DNA of 64,000 bases from a virus (Duplodnaviria; Caudoviricetes): the IMG/VR virus record IMGVR_UViG_2866474162_000001, positions 11,688 to 75,687 of that record. One strand, written 5' to 3'. Under the pieces are notes generated by a model, which did no database searches, was not told the origin of the DNA, and worked only from the letters and a program-made list of their open reading frames with translations. Made by a program: the position numbers and the translations under genes. This document shows, piece after piece, positions 39,155 through 48,585 of the stretch. The first letter of the stretch is position 1, and every line of letters starts with the position of its first letter.

Positions 39155-39657
39155 GGGCGCTGGTGGGGCAGTTTGCCCCGGGCAGCCAGTGGTACCGGGC
39201 CCGGCTCGTCGAGCTGGAGGGCCAGCCCAGCTGGACCCTCGCGCAGATGCGGGCGATGTGGGACCGCAGCTTCCAGCGGAACACGGCGGCGATGGTCGAG
39301 GTGCTGATGCACCGGCACTGGTCGGTGCTGGCGAACACGCACTGGCCGGCGCAGGCGGTGTCCGAGCGGCGGCCCGACTGGACGTACGTCTGCGGCGTCG
39401 GGCGCGGCTACAAGGACGAGATCAGCAGCCCGGCGGCGGTCGGGCTGATGGGCGCCGACCAGCCGTTCGAGGACGAGGGCTGGGCGTACCTGTGGGGGCA
39501 CAAGCTGGGCGCGCTGCATGTCTACGCGGCGCACGGCGGCCGGTGGCACCACCTGGCGACGCTGCCCGCCGACGTGTGGGCGGGCCTGACGGAGCAACTG
39601 GTGGTCGATGTGGAGGCCAGGTTCTGCTGGCTGGAGCGAGAGGAGAAGGCGGCGTGA
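39151..39657 (+). CDS. Phage hypothetical protein (paralogue B)
   Basis: GTGA overlap; RALVG...EGWAYLW...LHVY. Confidence 0.7.
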   Translation: MRALVGQFAPGSQWYRARLVELEGQPSWTLAQMRAMWDRSFQRNTAAMVEVLMHRHWSVLANTHWPAQAVSERRPDWTYVCGVGRGYKDEISSPAAVGLMGADQPFEDEGWAYLWGHKLGALHVYAAHGGRWHHLATLPADVWAGLTEQLVVDVEARFCWLEREEKAA

Positions 39658-40040
39658 CCGTCGAGACGAGGAAGCCGGCGAACCCGACGATCCGGACCGA
39701 GGAGTTGCGGCGCCGGGACGAGGTGCTGCTGTTCGGTCAGCTGGTGGAGATCGCCGACGTGCAGTCGGTCAAGGACTTCCCGAGCTGCGTCAACCTGGTG
39801 ATCCTGCCGCGCAACGGCGGGCAGCCGAGGGAGACGCTGGTGCCTCGGGACATGCTGCTGCTCGGGATGCGGCTGCCCCGGCTGCTGCCGATGCGCTGCC
39901 AGGGCTGCGACGGGCCGATGCAGGTGCCGGTCGACCTGGCGCAGGGCAGGCCGACGCGTGTGGTGTGCGGCCGGTGCCGTGGCCGCATCGTCGAGGGCAC
40001 GGCGCAGGTGAGGCCGTCCGCCCCGGTCGGGAGGTACTGA
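39654..40040 (+). CDS. Hypothetical protein with C-terminal Zn ribbon
   Basis: GTGA overlap; CQGC...CGRC. Confidence 0.6.
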   Translation: MTVETRKPANPTIRTEELRRRDEVLLFGQLVEIADVQSVKDFPSCVNLVILPRNGGQPRETLVPRDMLLLGMRLPRLLPMRCQGCDGPMQVPVDLAQGRPTRVVCGRCRGRIVEGTAQVRPSAPVGRY

Positions 40041-40324
40041 TGGAGAACGTGCTGGCGGCCCTGATGGCCGACAACGACGCCGACCGGGAGAATTTCCTGA
40101 ACCGGGAGGTGCTGCGGCACGCGGTGATGCGGCAGATCACCTGCGAGCGGACGGGCCAGGTCCTCGACGTCCGCACGGCGGTGATGGTGACGTGGATCCG
40201 GGGCGACAACCGGAGCGCCGTGGTGGTGACCGGTGAGGCCTGGGACGAGGTTGGCGAGAGCGTGCGGGCCAAGGTCGCGGAGCTCGGCGCGGAGCTGGAG
40301 GTGATCGACGGCCGGCAGCTGTAA
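40040..40324 (+). CDS. Hypothetical protein
   Basis: TGATG overlap; followed by the hairpin 40364-40389. Confidence 0.6.
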   Translation: MENVLAALMADNDADRENFLNREVLRHAVMRQITCERTGQVLDVRTAVMVTWIRGDNRSAVVVTGEAWDEVGESVRAKVAELGAELEVIDGRQL

Positions 40325-40363
40325 CCGGCCGAGCTGCGAAAGCCGCCAGCCGTTGGCAGTATC

Positions 40364-40389
40364 GGGGCCGTGCCTTCGGGCACGGCCCC
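40364..40389 (+). terminator. Hairpin
   Basis: GGGGCCGTGCC-TTCG-GGCACGGCCCC. Confidence 0.6.
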
Positions 40390-40410
40390 GTTCACTGTGG
40401 AGGCAGAACT

Positions 40411-40791
40411 ATGGAGCCGTTGGCGCAGTTCGAGAGCCATGTCGCAGGACGAAACGCGCGGGTGAGGATCTGGCCCGACCGGATCGAGTGGAGCAAGCCG
40501 GGACGCACGACGGTGGCGAACGTGCTGCTGGTGATCCTGGCGGTCTACACGGTGGCGCTGTCGCTGCTGATCCCGGCGTGCCGCCCCCGGTTCAAGGAGC
40601 AGGGCCGGCAGATGCTCGCCATGCGGGCGGTGCAGTCGGTGGCGTCCCAGCGGGACGGCCTGCACACGGCGGTGGCGGTGGTGGCCGGCGCGACGACGAT
40701 CGCGTTCCGGGTGCCGCACGGCCAGGCCGAGCAGATCGAAACGCTGATCCGCGACCTGGTGCTGGGCAACCACCCGGCGGCGCAGAAGTAG
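40411..40791 (+). CDS. Membrane-anchored PH-like small protein
   Basis: One TM helix within a beta-rich domain; GGAGG RBS. Confidence 0.55.
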   Translation: MEPLAQFESHVAGRNARVRIWPDRIEWSKPGRTTVANVLLVILAVYTVALSLLIPACRPRFKEQGRQMLAMRAVQSVASQRDGLHTAVAVVAGATTIAFRVPHGQAEQIETLIRDLVLGNHPAAQK

Positions 40792-40917
40792 CGGCCGCCA
40801 GCTCGTCAACGAGGGCGCTGTGTCCCACCCGGGGCCAGCGCCCTCTCGGCTACGCTGGCGGGGTATTCGCCGCTGGCTGCGGGCCGGGCATGGACCTTCG
40901 CTGTTGAGGGATGCCTG

Positions 40918-41862
40918 ATGACCGCAGTGTGCGACACCCCGGTGAAGGGGAAGATGCTCCGGGCCACGAAGCTCGGGGTGTGCGGTGACCCGATCGTGGG
41001 CGCCGGAGGATGGCCGGTCCACGTCACGTCGAAGGGCTTCGTGAGCGTCGAGTACGCGGCCGAGGTCGACGACGGCGAGGAGATCGACCAGAAGGACGCC
41101 AACGGGGATCCGCTGGTCTACGAGCCGGCCCGGCGGCGGATCAAGCTGTACAACGTGACGGTCACCTGCGGGCGGGTCGACCCGGAGCTGTACACGCTGT
41201 TCACCGGGATGCCTGTGGTGCTCGACGAGGACGGCAACGCGACCGGCATGAGGGTCACGTCGGCGGTGAACCTCGACTCGGCGGTGGCGCTGGAGGTGTG
41301 GTCGGGCACGCAGCTGAAGAAGTGCGTGGCCGGGGCGATCCAGCGGCCGAGGTTCGGGTACTTCCTGCTCCCGCAGATCATCGACGGGCAGGTCGGGGAC
41401 TTCACGATCGAGAACGGGGCGGCGAGCTTCACGCTGACCGGCAAGGCGATCGAGAACCCGGGCTGGGGTGTCGGGCCGTACGACGTCTACCTGCGCAAGG
41501 CGGGCGTCGAGGCGCTGATGGACCCGATGGGCGACCAGGACCTGCTGCACCTCGACTGGACGTACCTGCCGCCGCCGGCGCCGACGTGCGGCCTGACCGC
41601 GCGGCCGCCGGACGGCACGGTGGTGGCGGACCCGACGGACGCGACGAACATGACGGCGCAGTTCACCGCGACGTACGTGCCGGCCGCGCCGAACGAGGCG
41701 TTCTCGGTGGATTGGGGCGACGGGGCGTCGTCGGCCGGGCCGGCGGCGGACGCGACGGTCAGCCACCAGTACGCGGCCGCCGGCACGTACCTCATCACGG
41801 TCACGCACACGGCGAGCGGCGCTCAGCGGTTCAAGTCGTTCGTCGCCCCGGCCGGCGGCTGA
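40918..41862 (+). CDS. Major tail protein with C-terminal PKD/Ig-like domain
   Basis: MLRATKLGVCG...VELEVW-like core; VDWGDG...VSHQYAAAGTYLITVT PKD motif. Confidence 0.8.
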   Translation: MTAVCDTPVKGKMLRATKLGVCGDPIVGAGGWPVHVTSKGFVSVEYAAEVDDGEEIDQKDANGDPLVYEPARRRIKLYNVTVTCGRVDPELYTLFTGMPVVLDEDGNATGMRVTSAVNLDSAVALEVWSGTQLKKCVAGAIQRPRFGYFLLPQIIDGQVGDFTIENGAASFTLTGKAIENPGWGVGPYDVYLRKAGVEALMDPMGDQDLLHLDWTYLPPPAPTCGLTARPPDGTVVADPTDATNMTAQFTATYVPAAPNEAFSVDWGDGASSAGPAADATVSHQYAAAGTYLITVTHTASGAQRFKSFVAPAGG

Positions 41863-41869
41863 GGCGGCG

Positions 41870-42652
41870 GTGGCGCAGCCGGCGCGGATCGGCCCGTGCG
41901 ACTGGCCGCTGAACACGGCGTACTGCAAGGGCTGGGACCAGCACGACGAGGCGGTCCGGAAGGCGGCCACGGATCTCGCGACGGAGGTCCTGTGGGCGCT
42001 GTCCGGCCGCCGGTTCGGCGTGTGCTCCTCGACGGTGCGGCCGGTGCGGCGCGGCGACGGCGAGGCGTGGCGGCGGTGGGAGTCGTGGCTGGACCTGCCG
42101 TACGGCGGCAGCTTCGCGGTGACGTTTTGCGGCTGCCAGGTGGGGGCGTGCGCGTGCGGGCCGGTCGGGCGGGAGCTGAGCCTGCCCGGCCCGATCCACG
42201 CGGTAACCCGGGTTGTCATCGACGGCCAGGAGCTGCCGGCCGAGGCGTACGTGGTCTACGACCGGCGGTGGCTGGCGCGGATCGACGGCGGCACCTGGCC
42301 GGCCCGGCAGGACCTGACGAAGGCGGACGACCAGCTGGGCGCGTGGGCGGTCACCTACGAGCGGGGCGTGCCGGTGCCGGGCGGCGGGATGGTGGCGGCC
42401 GGCGCGTACGCCTGCGAGGTGGCGAAGGCGATGGTCGCCGACACGACGTGCCGGCTGCCGAGGCGTGTGCAGTCGCTGGTGCGCCAAGGCGTGCAGCAGC
42501 GGTTCGTCGACCCGGCGCAGCTCGCCCGGGACGGCATGACCGGGCTGCCCGAGGTCGACCAGTGGCTGCGGGTGGTGAACCCGAACCGGCTGCCCCGCGA
42601 CACGGTGGTGTGGTCGCCGGACCTGGACCGTGGACGAAGGAGGACATCGTGA
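41870..42652 (+). CDS. Head-to-tail adaptor
   Basis: LWALSGRRFG, CRLPRRVQSLVRQGV, TGLPEVDQWL; position after the major tail gene. Confidence 0.72.
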   Translation: MAQPARIGPCDWPLNTAYCKGWDQHDEAVRKAATDLATEVLWALSGRRFGVCSSTVRPVRRGDGEAWRRWESWLDLPYGGSFAVTFCGCQVGACACGPVGRELSLPGPIHAVTRVVIDGQELPAEAYVVYDRRWLARIDGGTWPARQDLTKADDQLGAWAVTYERGVPVPGGGMVAAGAYACEVAKAMVADTTCRLPRRVQSLVRQGVQQRFVDPAQLARDGMTGLPEVDQWLRVVNPNRLPRDTVVWSPDLDRGRRRTS

Positions 42653-43191
42653 CCGAGCCGGTGGTGGAGCCGCAGGACGACGTGGCGTGGCCGGTGGCGG
42701 TGAAGCTGCGCGAGCTGATCGGCGGCGCGCTGGACGGGGCGCTCGGCGGCACGCCCGCCGTGGTGGCGGTGGTGCCCGGCCGGGACGTGGCGATCGACTC
42801 GTGCTGCGAAGGCCAGGCGTGGGTGCGGATCGTGCGGACGTACCCGGTGCTGCCGGAGGAGTTCCCCGGCGGGCGGGGCACGCCGCTCGATGAGGGCGCG
42901 GACCCGGGGGCGTTCTGGGCGGTGGAGCTGGGCGCGGGCACCGCCCGGTGCGCGCCGAGCCCCGACGACGCCGGGAACCCGCCGACGGCGGAACAGCTCG
43001 AGCGCAGCGCGGCGGAGCTGGCCGACGACGCCGGCCGGATCCGCCGGACGGTCCTGTGCGAGCTGCAGAAGCCCCCGCAGGTCGAGTCGGTGTGGATCGG
43101 GGAGCAGTCCAGCGTCGGCCCGTCCGGCGGCTGCGTCGGCCAGGAGGTCCTGGTCGCGGTGATGACCAACGTGTGCGTGTGCGAGGAGTGA
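42649..43191 (+). CDS. Tail completion/terminator-like protein
   Basis: AIDSCCEGQAWVRI...GPSGGCVG; GTGA overlap. Confidence 0.6.
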   Translation: MTEPVVEPQDDVAWPVAVKLRELIGGALDGALGGTPAVVAVVPGRDVAIDSCCEGQAWVRIVRTYPVLPEEFPGGRGTPLDEGADPGAFWAVELGAGTARCAPSPDDAGNPPTAEQLERSAAELADDAGRIRRTVLCELQKPPQVESVWIGEQSSVGPSGGCVGQEVLVAVMTNVCVCEE

Positions 43192-43196
43192 GGGCG

Positions 43197-43451
43197 ATGC
43201 GCAAGGGCCAGAAGGTGACGGTGCGGGCGCTGACGGCGATGCCTGGCGTGCCGGACGGGTCGGTGCAGCACGTCGAGTGGGGGCCGCGGCTGGCCACGCT
43301 CGTGGAGGCCGGCCGGTACGAGGTGCTGGAGGGCGAGGAGGCCGAGCGGGCGGCCACCGCGGACCTGGAGCCGCCGGACGCCAGCCAGCCGACCCCGGCG
43401 CCGACAACGGACGCCGACGGCGACGGCAAGACGCGGAGAGCGCGCCGCTGA
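43197..43451 (+). CDS. Small phage protein
   Basis: Coupled to both neighbours. Confidence 0.55.
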   Translation: MRKGQKVTVRALTAMPGVPDGSVQHVEWGPRLATLVEAGRYEVLEGEEAERAATADLEPPDASQPTPAPTTDADGDGKTRRARR

Positions 43452-43882
43452 TGGCGGTGGTGGTCCGGGCGCGCGTCGACCTGTTCGCCGGCGAGATGCG
43501 CCAGCTGCTCACCGGCTCGACCGGGCAGGTGGTGTCGTTCATCCGCAGCGTCACCCGGAAGGTGCGGACCCGGGCGGTGCTCAAGTGCCCGGTGGACACC
43601 GGCCGGTTGCGGGCGGCGCACCGCGAGGAGGTCGGCGTGCGGGCGGGCCATGTGTACGGGTTCGTGGAGAACGACGTCGAGTACGCGGCGGCCGTGCACG
43701 ACGGCACCGGCGCGCACGTCATCCGGCCCCGGCGGCCGGGCGGGATGCTGCGGTTCGAGACGGGCGGCCAGGTGGTGTTCACGACGCTGGTGAACCACCC
43801 GGGGACAAGGCCGCAGCCGTGGCTGCGGGAGGCGATGGAAGAGGTGGCGGGCCCGGAGGGGTTCCGGCTCGTCCACAGGTAG
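43451..43882 (+). CDS. HK97-gp10-like neck/minor tail protein
   Basis: CPVDTGRLRAA...YAAAVHDGT...HPGTRPQPWLREA. Confidence 0.8.
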   Translation: MAVVVRARVDLFAGEMRQLLTGSTGQVVSFIRSVTRKVRTRAVLKCPVDTGRLRAAHREEVGVRAGHVYGFVENDVEYAAAVHDGTGAHVIRPRRPGGMLRFETGGQVVFTTLVNHPGTRPQPWLREAMEEVAGPEGFRLVHR

Positions 43883-43894
43883 GGAGGAAGCAGG

Positions 43895-44245
43895 ATGCGG
43901 GAGTTCACGACCAGCGCCAACGTGGCGAAGCAGGACGGCGGCGAGAAGAAGCTGCCGGACGTGCCCTTCAAGCTGGACGGGGTGGAGATGGTGTGCCGGG
44001 CGCCGAAGGACGCTCAGCTGGCGTACCTGATGGCGGCGGCCTCGTCGAGCCGCACGGAGGCCGACCAGGTGGCGGCGGTGCTCGACTTCTTCGAGCAGAC
44101 GCTGGACCGAAAGAGCCTGGCGGTGTTCCGGAAGCGGCTGCTGAACACGGAGGACGAGTTCGACTTCACCGACGCCATGGGGATCTTCACGCACGTGTGC
44201 GAGGAGTGGTCCGGCCGCCCTATTGGGTCGGGCAGCGCCTCCTGA
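43895..44245 (+). CDS. Tail assembly chaperone (short form)
   Basis: Follows the neck genes; ends WSGRPIGSGSAS. Confidence 0.75.
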   Translation: MREFTTSANVAKQDGGEKKLPDVPFKLDGVEMVCRAPKDAQLAYLMAAASSSRTEADQVAAVLDFFEQTLDRKSLAVFRKRLLNTEDEFDFTDAMGIFTHVCEEWSGRPIGSGSAS

Positions 44246-44535
44246 CCCTGGCGGTCAAGCGCTGGCCCGAGTTCCACGGGACGCTGCTGATGCGGACCGG
44301 CCGGGAGCCGCTGGACTTGCCGCTGCCGTCGCTGCTGGACGTGATCTACGCCTGGTGGGTGGAGGGCGGCACGGAGAAGGACGTGGCGAAGTTTCAGCAG
44401 CAGCTGGAGTCGCCGCCGGTCGACGCGGAACTGGATGGTCGCGAGGAATGGTCCGACGAGGCGACCGACGAGAGCTTCGCCCGGGCGCTCTCAGACAGGC
44501 GCGTCCGCCGGGTCGAGCACCGGCATCAGTGGTAG
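44218..44535 (+). CDS. Tail assembly chaperone -1 frame extension
   Basis: Overlapping -1 frame PYWVGQRLLTLA...LLDVIYAWW has no evident start of its own. Confidence 0.65.
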   Translation, partial: PYWVGQRLLTLAVKRWPEFHGTLLMRTGREPLDLPLPSLLDVIYAWWVEGGTEKDVAKFQQQLESPPVDAELDGREEWSDEATDESFARALSDRRVRRVEHRHQW

Positions 44536-45539
44536 ACGAGCCGGTCAATCGCCTCTGTCACGGTCCCGTACGCCTCCTGGTCCAGGCCCTCCGGCAGGAA
44601 CTGCACCATGTCCGGCAGCGGCTGCTGCCCGCCGCCAGCAATCTGCGCCAGACGGCCGTTCGGCGACCGTCCCCGCTGATGCGTCACCCTGACCAGCCCG
44701 AATGCCTGCAACGTGCGGTGCGCCTCGTACGTCTCCGGCCCGATCCCGAGCATCCGGGACCGCACCCCCGCCGGCAGGATGAAACCCTCCGGGTCCCGCT
44801 TGTGCATGAACGCGGCCATGAGCAGAAACGCCAGCTCGGCGTCGGTGAGCACGCTGATCCAGCCGCGGGTGAACAGCCCCGTCGGCAGCACGAATGTATT
44901 CGCGTCCTGGTACGCCGGCACGGTGTACGGCACGTTCGACCCCGGCTGCCCGTGCTCGACGAGCAACTCGAACCCGCGCTGCTTGTTGCGCGCGTCGTCC
45001 CAATGCGGGAACGTCACCAGCCCATGGCGGCCCAGCGCGCCGAGGGCCGTGGCCAGGTGCCGGCGGTGCTTGTCTTGCCGCGTCATCGCCGTCTGGCCGT
45101 CGAGGGCGTCCTCGGCGCCGCTGGCGAACAGATCTGTCCAGGCGATCTGCCCGGCGCCGGCGTGCGACAACGGCCGGGTGTTCGGGCCCGGCTGCTTACC
45201 GTCGTCGGTACGGGTCTGCACCTCGAACAGCGCGGTCAGCAGCAGCCGCAGCGCCACGCCCTTGCGGCCCATGATCCGCGTTGCCGGCGGCCGGTCCGCC
45301 GGGGCGAGCCCGCGCCGGTCCGAGCCCTCCGCCGGCGCGGTGAGGCAAACGAACCCGTTGCGCACTCGTACCCCGTCGTTGCCCTTGATCGTGTACGCGG
45401 TCCGCGCCAGGGCGCGCAGGTTGCGCATCGCGTCCGCGACCGACATCTCCATCGAGGGCTTGTACAACCGTTCCAGTCGGTCGACCAGACGCAGCCGGTC
45501 GGGCTCGGCCGGGATCCAGGAAAGATCGACTCGGCTCAT
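44526..45539 (-). CDS. Hypothetical tandem winged-helix-like protein (moron)
   Basis: ALRLLLTALFEVQ, LATALGALGRHGLV, FVLPTGLFTRGWISVL, HRTLQAFGLV; AT-richer upstream region. Confidence 0.65.
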   Translation of the reverse strand: MSRVDLSWIPAEPDRLRLVDRLERLYKPSMEMSVADAMRNLRALARTAYTIKGNDGVRVRNGFVCLTAPAEGSDRRGLAPADRPPATRIMGRKGVALRLLLTALFEVQTRTDDGKQPGPNTRPLSHAGAGQIAWTDLFASGAEDALDGQTAMTRQDKHRRHLATALGALGRHGLVTFPHWDDARNKQRGFELLVEHGQPGSNVPYTVPAYQDANTFVLPTGLFTRGWISVLTDAELAFLLMAAFMHKRDPEGFILPAGVRSRMLGIGPETYEAHRTLQAFGLVRVTHQRGRSPNGRLAQIAGGGQQPLPDMVQFLPEGLDQEAYGTVTEAIDRLVYH

Positions 45540-45828
45540 CACGGCCAATCTAGACGCTGCTGAATGAACGTTTTTGACCGACCTTGACGCAGATTCGCGG
45601 CAAAGGTCGGTCAGAAGCGTATTGAGCATACCTCAAGATCGACTTTACGGCCCGCCCCGACTCGCCATCATGGAACCCGGGCACCCCGCCGGCACCCAGC
45701 CGGCCCAAGGCTGCCCCACCCCGAACGCGCGGCCACCGGCCCACCCGCACACGCGGGCGGCCTCCGGAGGCACCCGGAGGCCGCGTGAACGGAGCCCTCC
45801 CACCTTGGACAAGCAGAGGAGCAACCGT

Positions 45829-46213
45829 GAAGCACACCATACGGCGCACCCAGCGCCCGCGGCCAGACGCCACCACCACCGGGCCTACCCAGGCGCCCGC
45901 CCGGAACACCGCGCCGGCACCCGCCCGCACGCCTGTTCGGCGCAACCGCCACCACCGCACCAACGGCCGGGTCACCAGGCAGGACATCGCGCAGAACGCC
46001 GGCCGGGAGAACGGGCGGGAAGTCGGCCAGCCAGCCAACCAGCCCGTCAACGAACCCGCCACCCGCGAGAAGCCCGGCCTGCCCCTGCGCTGGGCCGTCA
46101 TCGGCCTCGCCGCCCTCCTCGCCGGTACCGTCGGCTACCTCTTCGGCGGCCCCATCGCCGCCATCACCACGGCTGCGGCCGTCGCCGTCGCCGCCCATCG
46201 CCTCCTCGACTAA
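45829..46213 (+). CDS. Small membrane protein with disordered N-terminus
   Basis: AGGAG RBS before GTG; two C-terminal TM helices. Confidence 0.55.
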
Positions 46214-46376
46214 CCACCGAGCCGGAATAAGACGCGAACACGAAGGGAGGCCGGCAGGCCACACAGCCACCGGCCTCCCAAACCAGGCACACCGACCAGC
46301 GCAACGATCCAGGCCGAACAACCTGCTGAGCACTCTGGTCGATCAGCGGACACACCGCCGCCGACATCTGCGGCAT

Positions 46377-46691
46377 TTAGCTGCGGAAGCCGTCGCCCCG
46401 GAACAGGGTGCTGCCGGGCTCACGCCGGGGCATCGGCGGCGGCACCTCGCCATCCGGCGCCGCCGCCAGGAACGGCAGGTACCTGCGGAGGAAGTCGTCG
46501 ACGCCGGGGATCGCGAGGACGCGGGTCACCGCGGCGGCGACGGCGAGGGCCTGGGCGACGAGAGGCGCGGCCTCGATGCCGGCGGCGACGGCGATGGTCG
46601 GCAGCAGCGACAGCAGTGCGACGACAGCTGCGAAGATCGTGCGGGCGACGGCCCGCCACGGGTAGCGGGTCTGCGTGGTGCTGGCGGTCAC
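46377..46691 (-). CDS. Holin
   Basis: TQTRYPWRAVARTIF...AVTRVLAIPGV, actinophage holin type with two TM helices; in the endolysin operon. Confidence 0.75.
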   Translation of the reverse strand: MTASTTQTRYPWRAVARTIFAAVVALLSLLPTIAVAAGIEAAPLVAQALAVAAAVTRVLAIPGVDDFLRRYLPFLAAAPDGEVPPPMPRREPGSTLFRGDGFRS

Positions 46692-47080
46692 GGGAGCTTC
46701 CCTCCTAGTTGCTGGATGAGGGCCTTGAGCTGGACGTTCTCGATGAGGAGCTTGTCCCGCTCGGCGGCCAGTGTTTGCCGAGCGGCCAGCTCGGCGCGGA
46801 GCTGCGCGACCTCGGCCTTAGTGATGGCCAGCTCCTCGTGGAGCTGGTGAATGGTCAGGTTGGCCGCCGCCATCTGCGTCTCGGCGAGGCTGAGCTTCGT
46901 CTCGGCCCCGGAGAGCTGGGCGTCCATGCGGCCGAGCAGCCGCTCGGCGATCTGCGTCTCGTAGTCGGCGAGGCTGGTGCGCTCCTTGCGCCGCCCGAGG
47001 ATCGCCGTGAGCACGCGGTCGACGACGGCGCCCGCGATCGACCCGCCGCCGACGAGCGCGGCGATGAGCACGGGCTCCAT
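46688..47080 (-). CDS. Membrane-anchored coiled-coil lysis-cassette protein
   Basis: N-terminal TM helix followed by heptad repeats; lies between endolysin and holin. Confidence 0.65.
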   Translation of the reverse strand: MEPVLIAALVGGGSIAGAVVDRVLTAILGRRKERTSLADYETQIAERLLGRMDAQLSGAETKLSLAETQMAAANLTIHQLHEELAITKAEVAQLRAELAARQTLAAERDKLLIENVQLKALIQQLGGKLP

Positions 47081-47090
47081 CGTCGCCGCC

Positions 47091-47945
47091 TCAGGTGACC
47101 GGGTTCTTGAAGGCGGCGTCCCAGGTGGCGACGGCGATCAGCCCGTCGACGCGCAGCCGCTGGTCGCGCTGGAACGCTTCGGCGAGGGCCTTGTACTCGG
47201 GGCCGTAGATGCCGTCGTTGCCGGCGCCGCCGAGCCACGTCTTGCCCTTGCCGATCGACCAGCCTCGGCGGTCGAGCTGGGTGGCCCACTCGCGCAGCCA
47301 CGCCCGGTCGGTGCGGCCCTTGAAGTAGCGCTCGTACTTGCCGGAGACGCTGTAGTCGGGGCCGGACGCCGGGCCGAAGTACCAGCTGGCGGGCAACGGG
47401 AAGGCGATCGGCGTGCCGGGCGCGGGCTTCCCGGCGGCCGGCGGCTTGGCCGGCGCGGGCGTGGATCCGCCGACGATGGGCAGGCCGGCGTGCAGCCAGG
47501 CGTAGATCTCGTCGCCGGGGCAGGAGGTGTTCCCGCGGTCGCGGTGGCCGAGCAGTTGGAGCCGCTTGCCCTTGCGGTCGTTGGCTTGCTCGTAGAGCCA
47601 TTTGAAGGCGCGGCGGGCGGCGTCGGAGACGTCCTGGCGGCCGGGCTGGTCCTTGCCGATGATGCAGACGCCGATGGCCTCGGTGTTGTGGCCGGAGCAG
47701 TGGGCGCCGAGCGTCGTCCACCCGCGGCCCTCGTAGATGACGCCGCTGATGGAGTTGATGAGGAAGTTGTAGCCGATGTCCGCCCAGCCCTTGACCCGCA
47801 TGTGGTAGTCCTGGATCTGGCGCGGGGTTTGCGTCGCCGTCGCGGCGGAGTAGTGGCCCATGAAGACGGTCCGCTTCGACCAGGGCACGGTCGAGCGGGA
47901 CTCGGGTGGGCGGGCGCCCCATTCGGCGCGGCTGATGATGTCCAC
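47091..47945 (-). CDS. Endolysin: N-acetylmuramoyl-L-alanine amidase plus peptidoglycan-binding domain
   Basis: IISRAEWGA, GHYSA, GWADIGYNFLI, GAHC, GHRD...TSCPG; C-terminal DGIYGP...FQRDQRLRVDG. Confidence 0.9.
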   Translation of the reverse strand: MDIISRAEWGARPPESRSTVPWSKRTVFMGHYSAATATQTPRQIQDYHMRVKGWADIGYNFLINSISGVIYEGRGWTTLGAHCSGHNTEAIGVCIIGKDQPGRQDVSDAARRAFKWLYEQANDRKGKRLQLLGHRDRGNTSCPGDEIYAWLHAGLPIVGGSTPAPAKPPAAGKPAPGTPIAFPLPASWYFGPASGPDYSVSGKYERYFKGRTDRAWLREWATQLDRRGWSIGKGKTWLGGAGNDGIYGPEYKALAEAFQRDQRLRVDGLIAVATWDAAFKNPVT

Positions 47946-48228
47946 TGGTTGTCCTCCCGGCAGCAGTGATCGTCTGTCGGGGGACAGCGGCTCTACGGTA
48001 GCGGCCCGGGGTGACTGGCGCGGGTCGGCTGGGAGGTGGGCGGGCGCGCCGGTTGCTGTCCTGGGACGGCGCGCCCGCCCGGGTGAGCGGATCCGGGCTG
48101 CCGCCGCACCAGTTGGAGGACAGCCGGTCCGCTCGCCGCGCGACGAGCACGGGGGGAACCGCGTCGCGCGGTGGTTCAGGCCCGCCGGTCACCGCGTGGA
48201 CTGCGCGGGTGCGGTGACCGGCGGGGGT

Positions 48229-48585
48229 CTACATGCGCCAGGTGTAGGTGACGTCGGCCTCGGTGGGGCCGATGACGACCTTGGCGAGCAGCATCTCCAG
48301 CACGGACTGGCGGTAGGCGAGCTGGACGTCGGTGAGGGTGGCTCGTCGTTCGGCGGCGCTCCAGGTCTTCGACTCGATGGCGGCGGCGTCGATGAGCTGC
48401 TTGTGGCAGCCGAGCCCGCACTTGTAGTTGCGCTGCGGGGCGTGGGTCTGCTGCTCCTCGTCGAACTCGGTGGTGTTGACGGGCACGAGGCGCAGGTCGC
48501 AGCGCCAGCAGTGGAGCAGCAGGCGCAGCAGGTACGGGTCGGCGCTGGCGGCCATGCGGGACCGCGGCGTCGGTGGCCTCACCAC
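48229..48585 (-). CDS. Recombinase Zn-ribbon-like small protein
   Basis: LHCWRCD...YKCGLGC...IDAAAIE...LLAKVVIG; no catalytic domain. Confidence 0.5.
   Translation of the reverse strand: MVRPPTPRSRMAASADPYLLRLLLHCWRCDLRLVPVNTTEFDEEQQTHAPQRNYKCGLGCHKQLIDAAAIESKTWSAAERRATLTDVQLAYRQSVLEMLLAKVVIGPTEADVTYTWRM

Noticed and set aside
48229-48585. Phage integrase
   Set aside because: Only a Zn-ribbon/C-terminal-like piece; no catalytic or recombinase domain.
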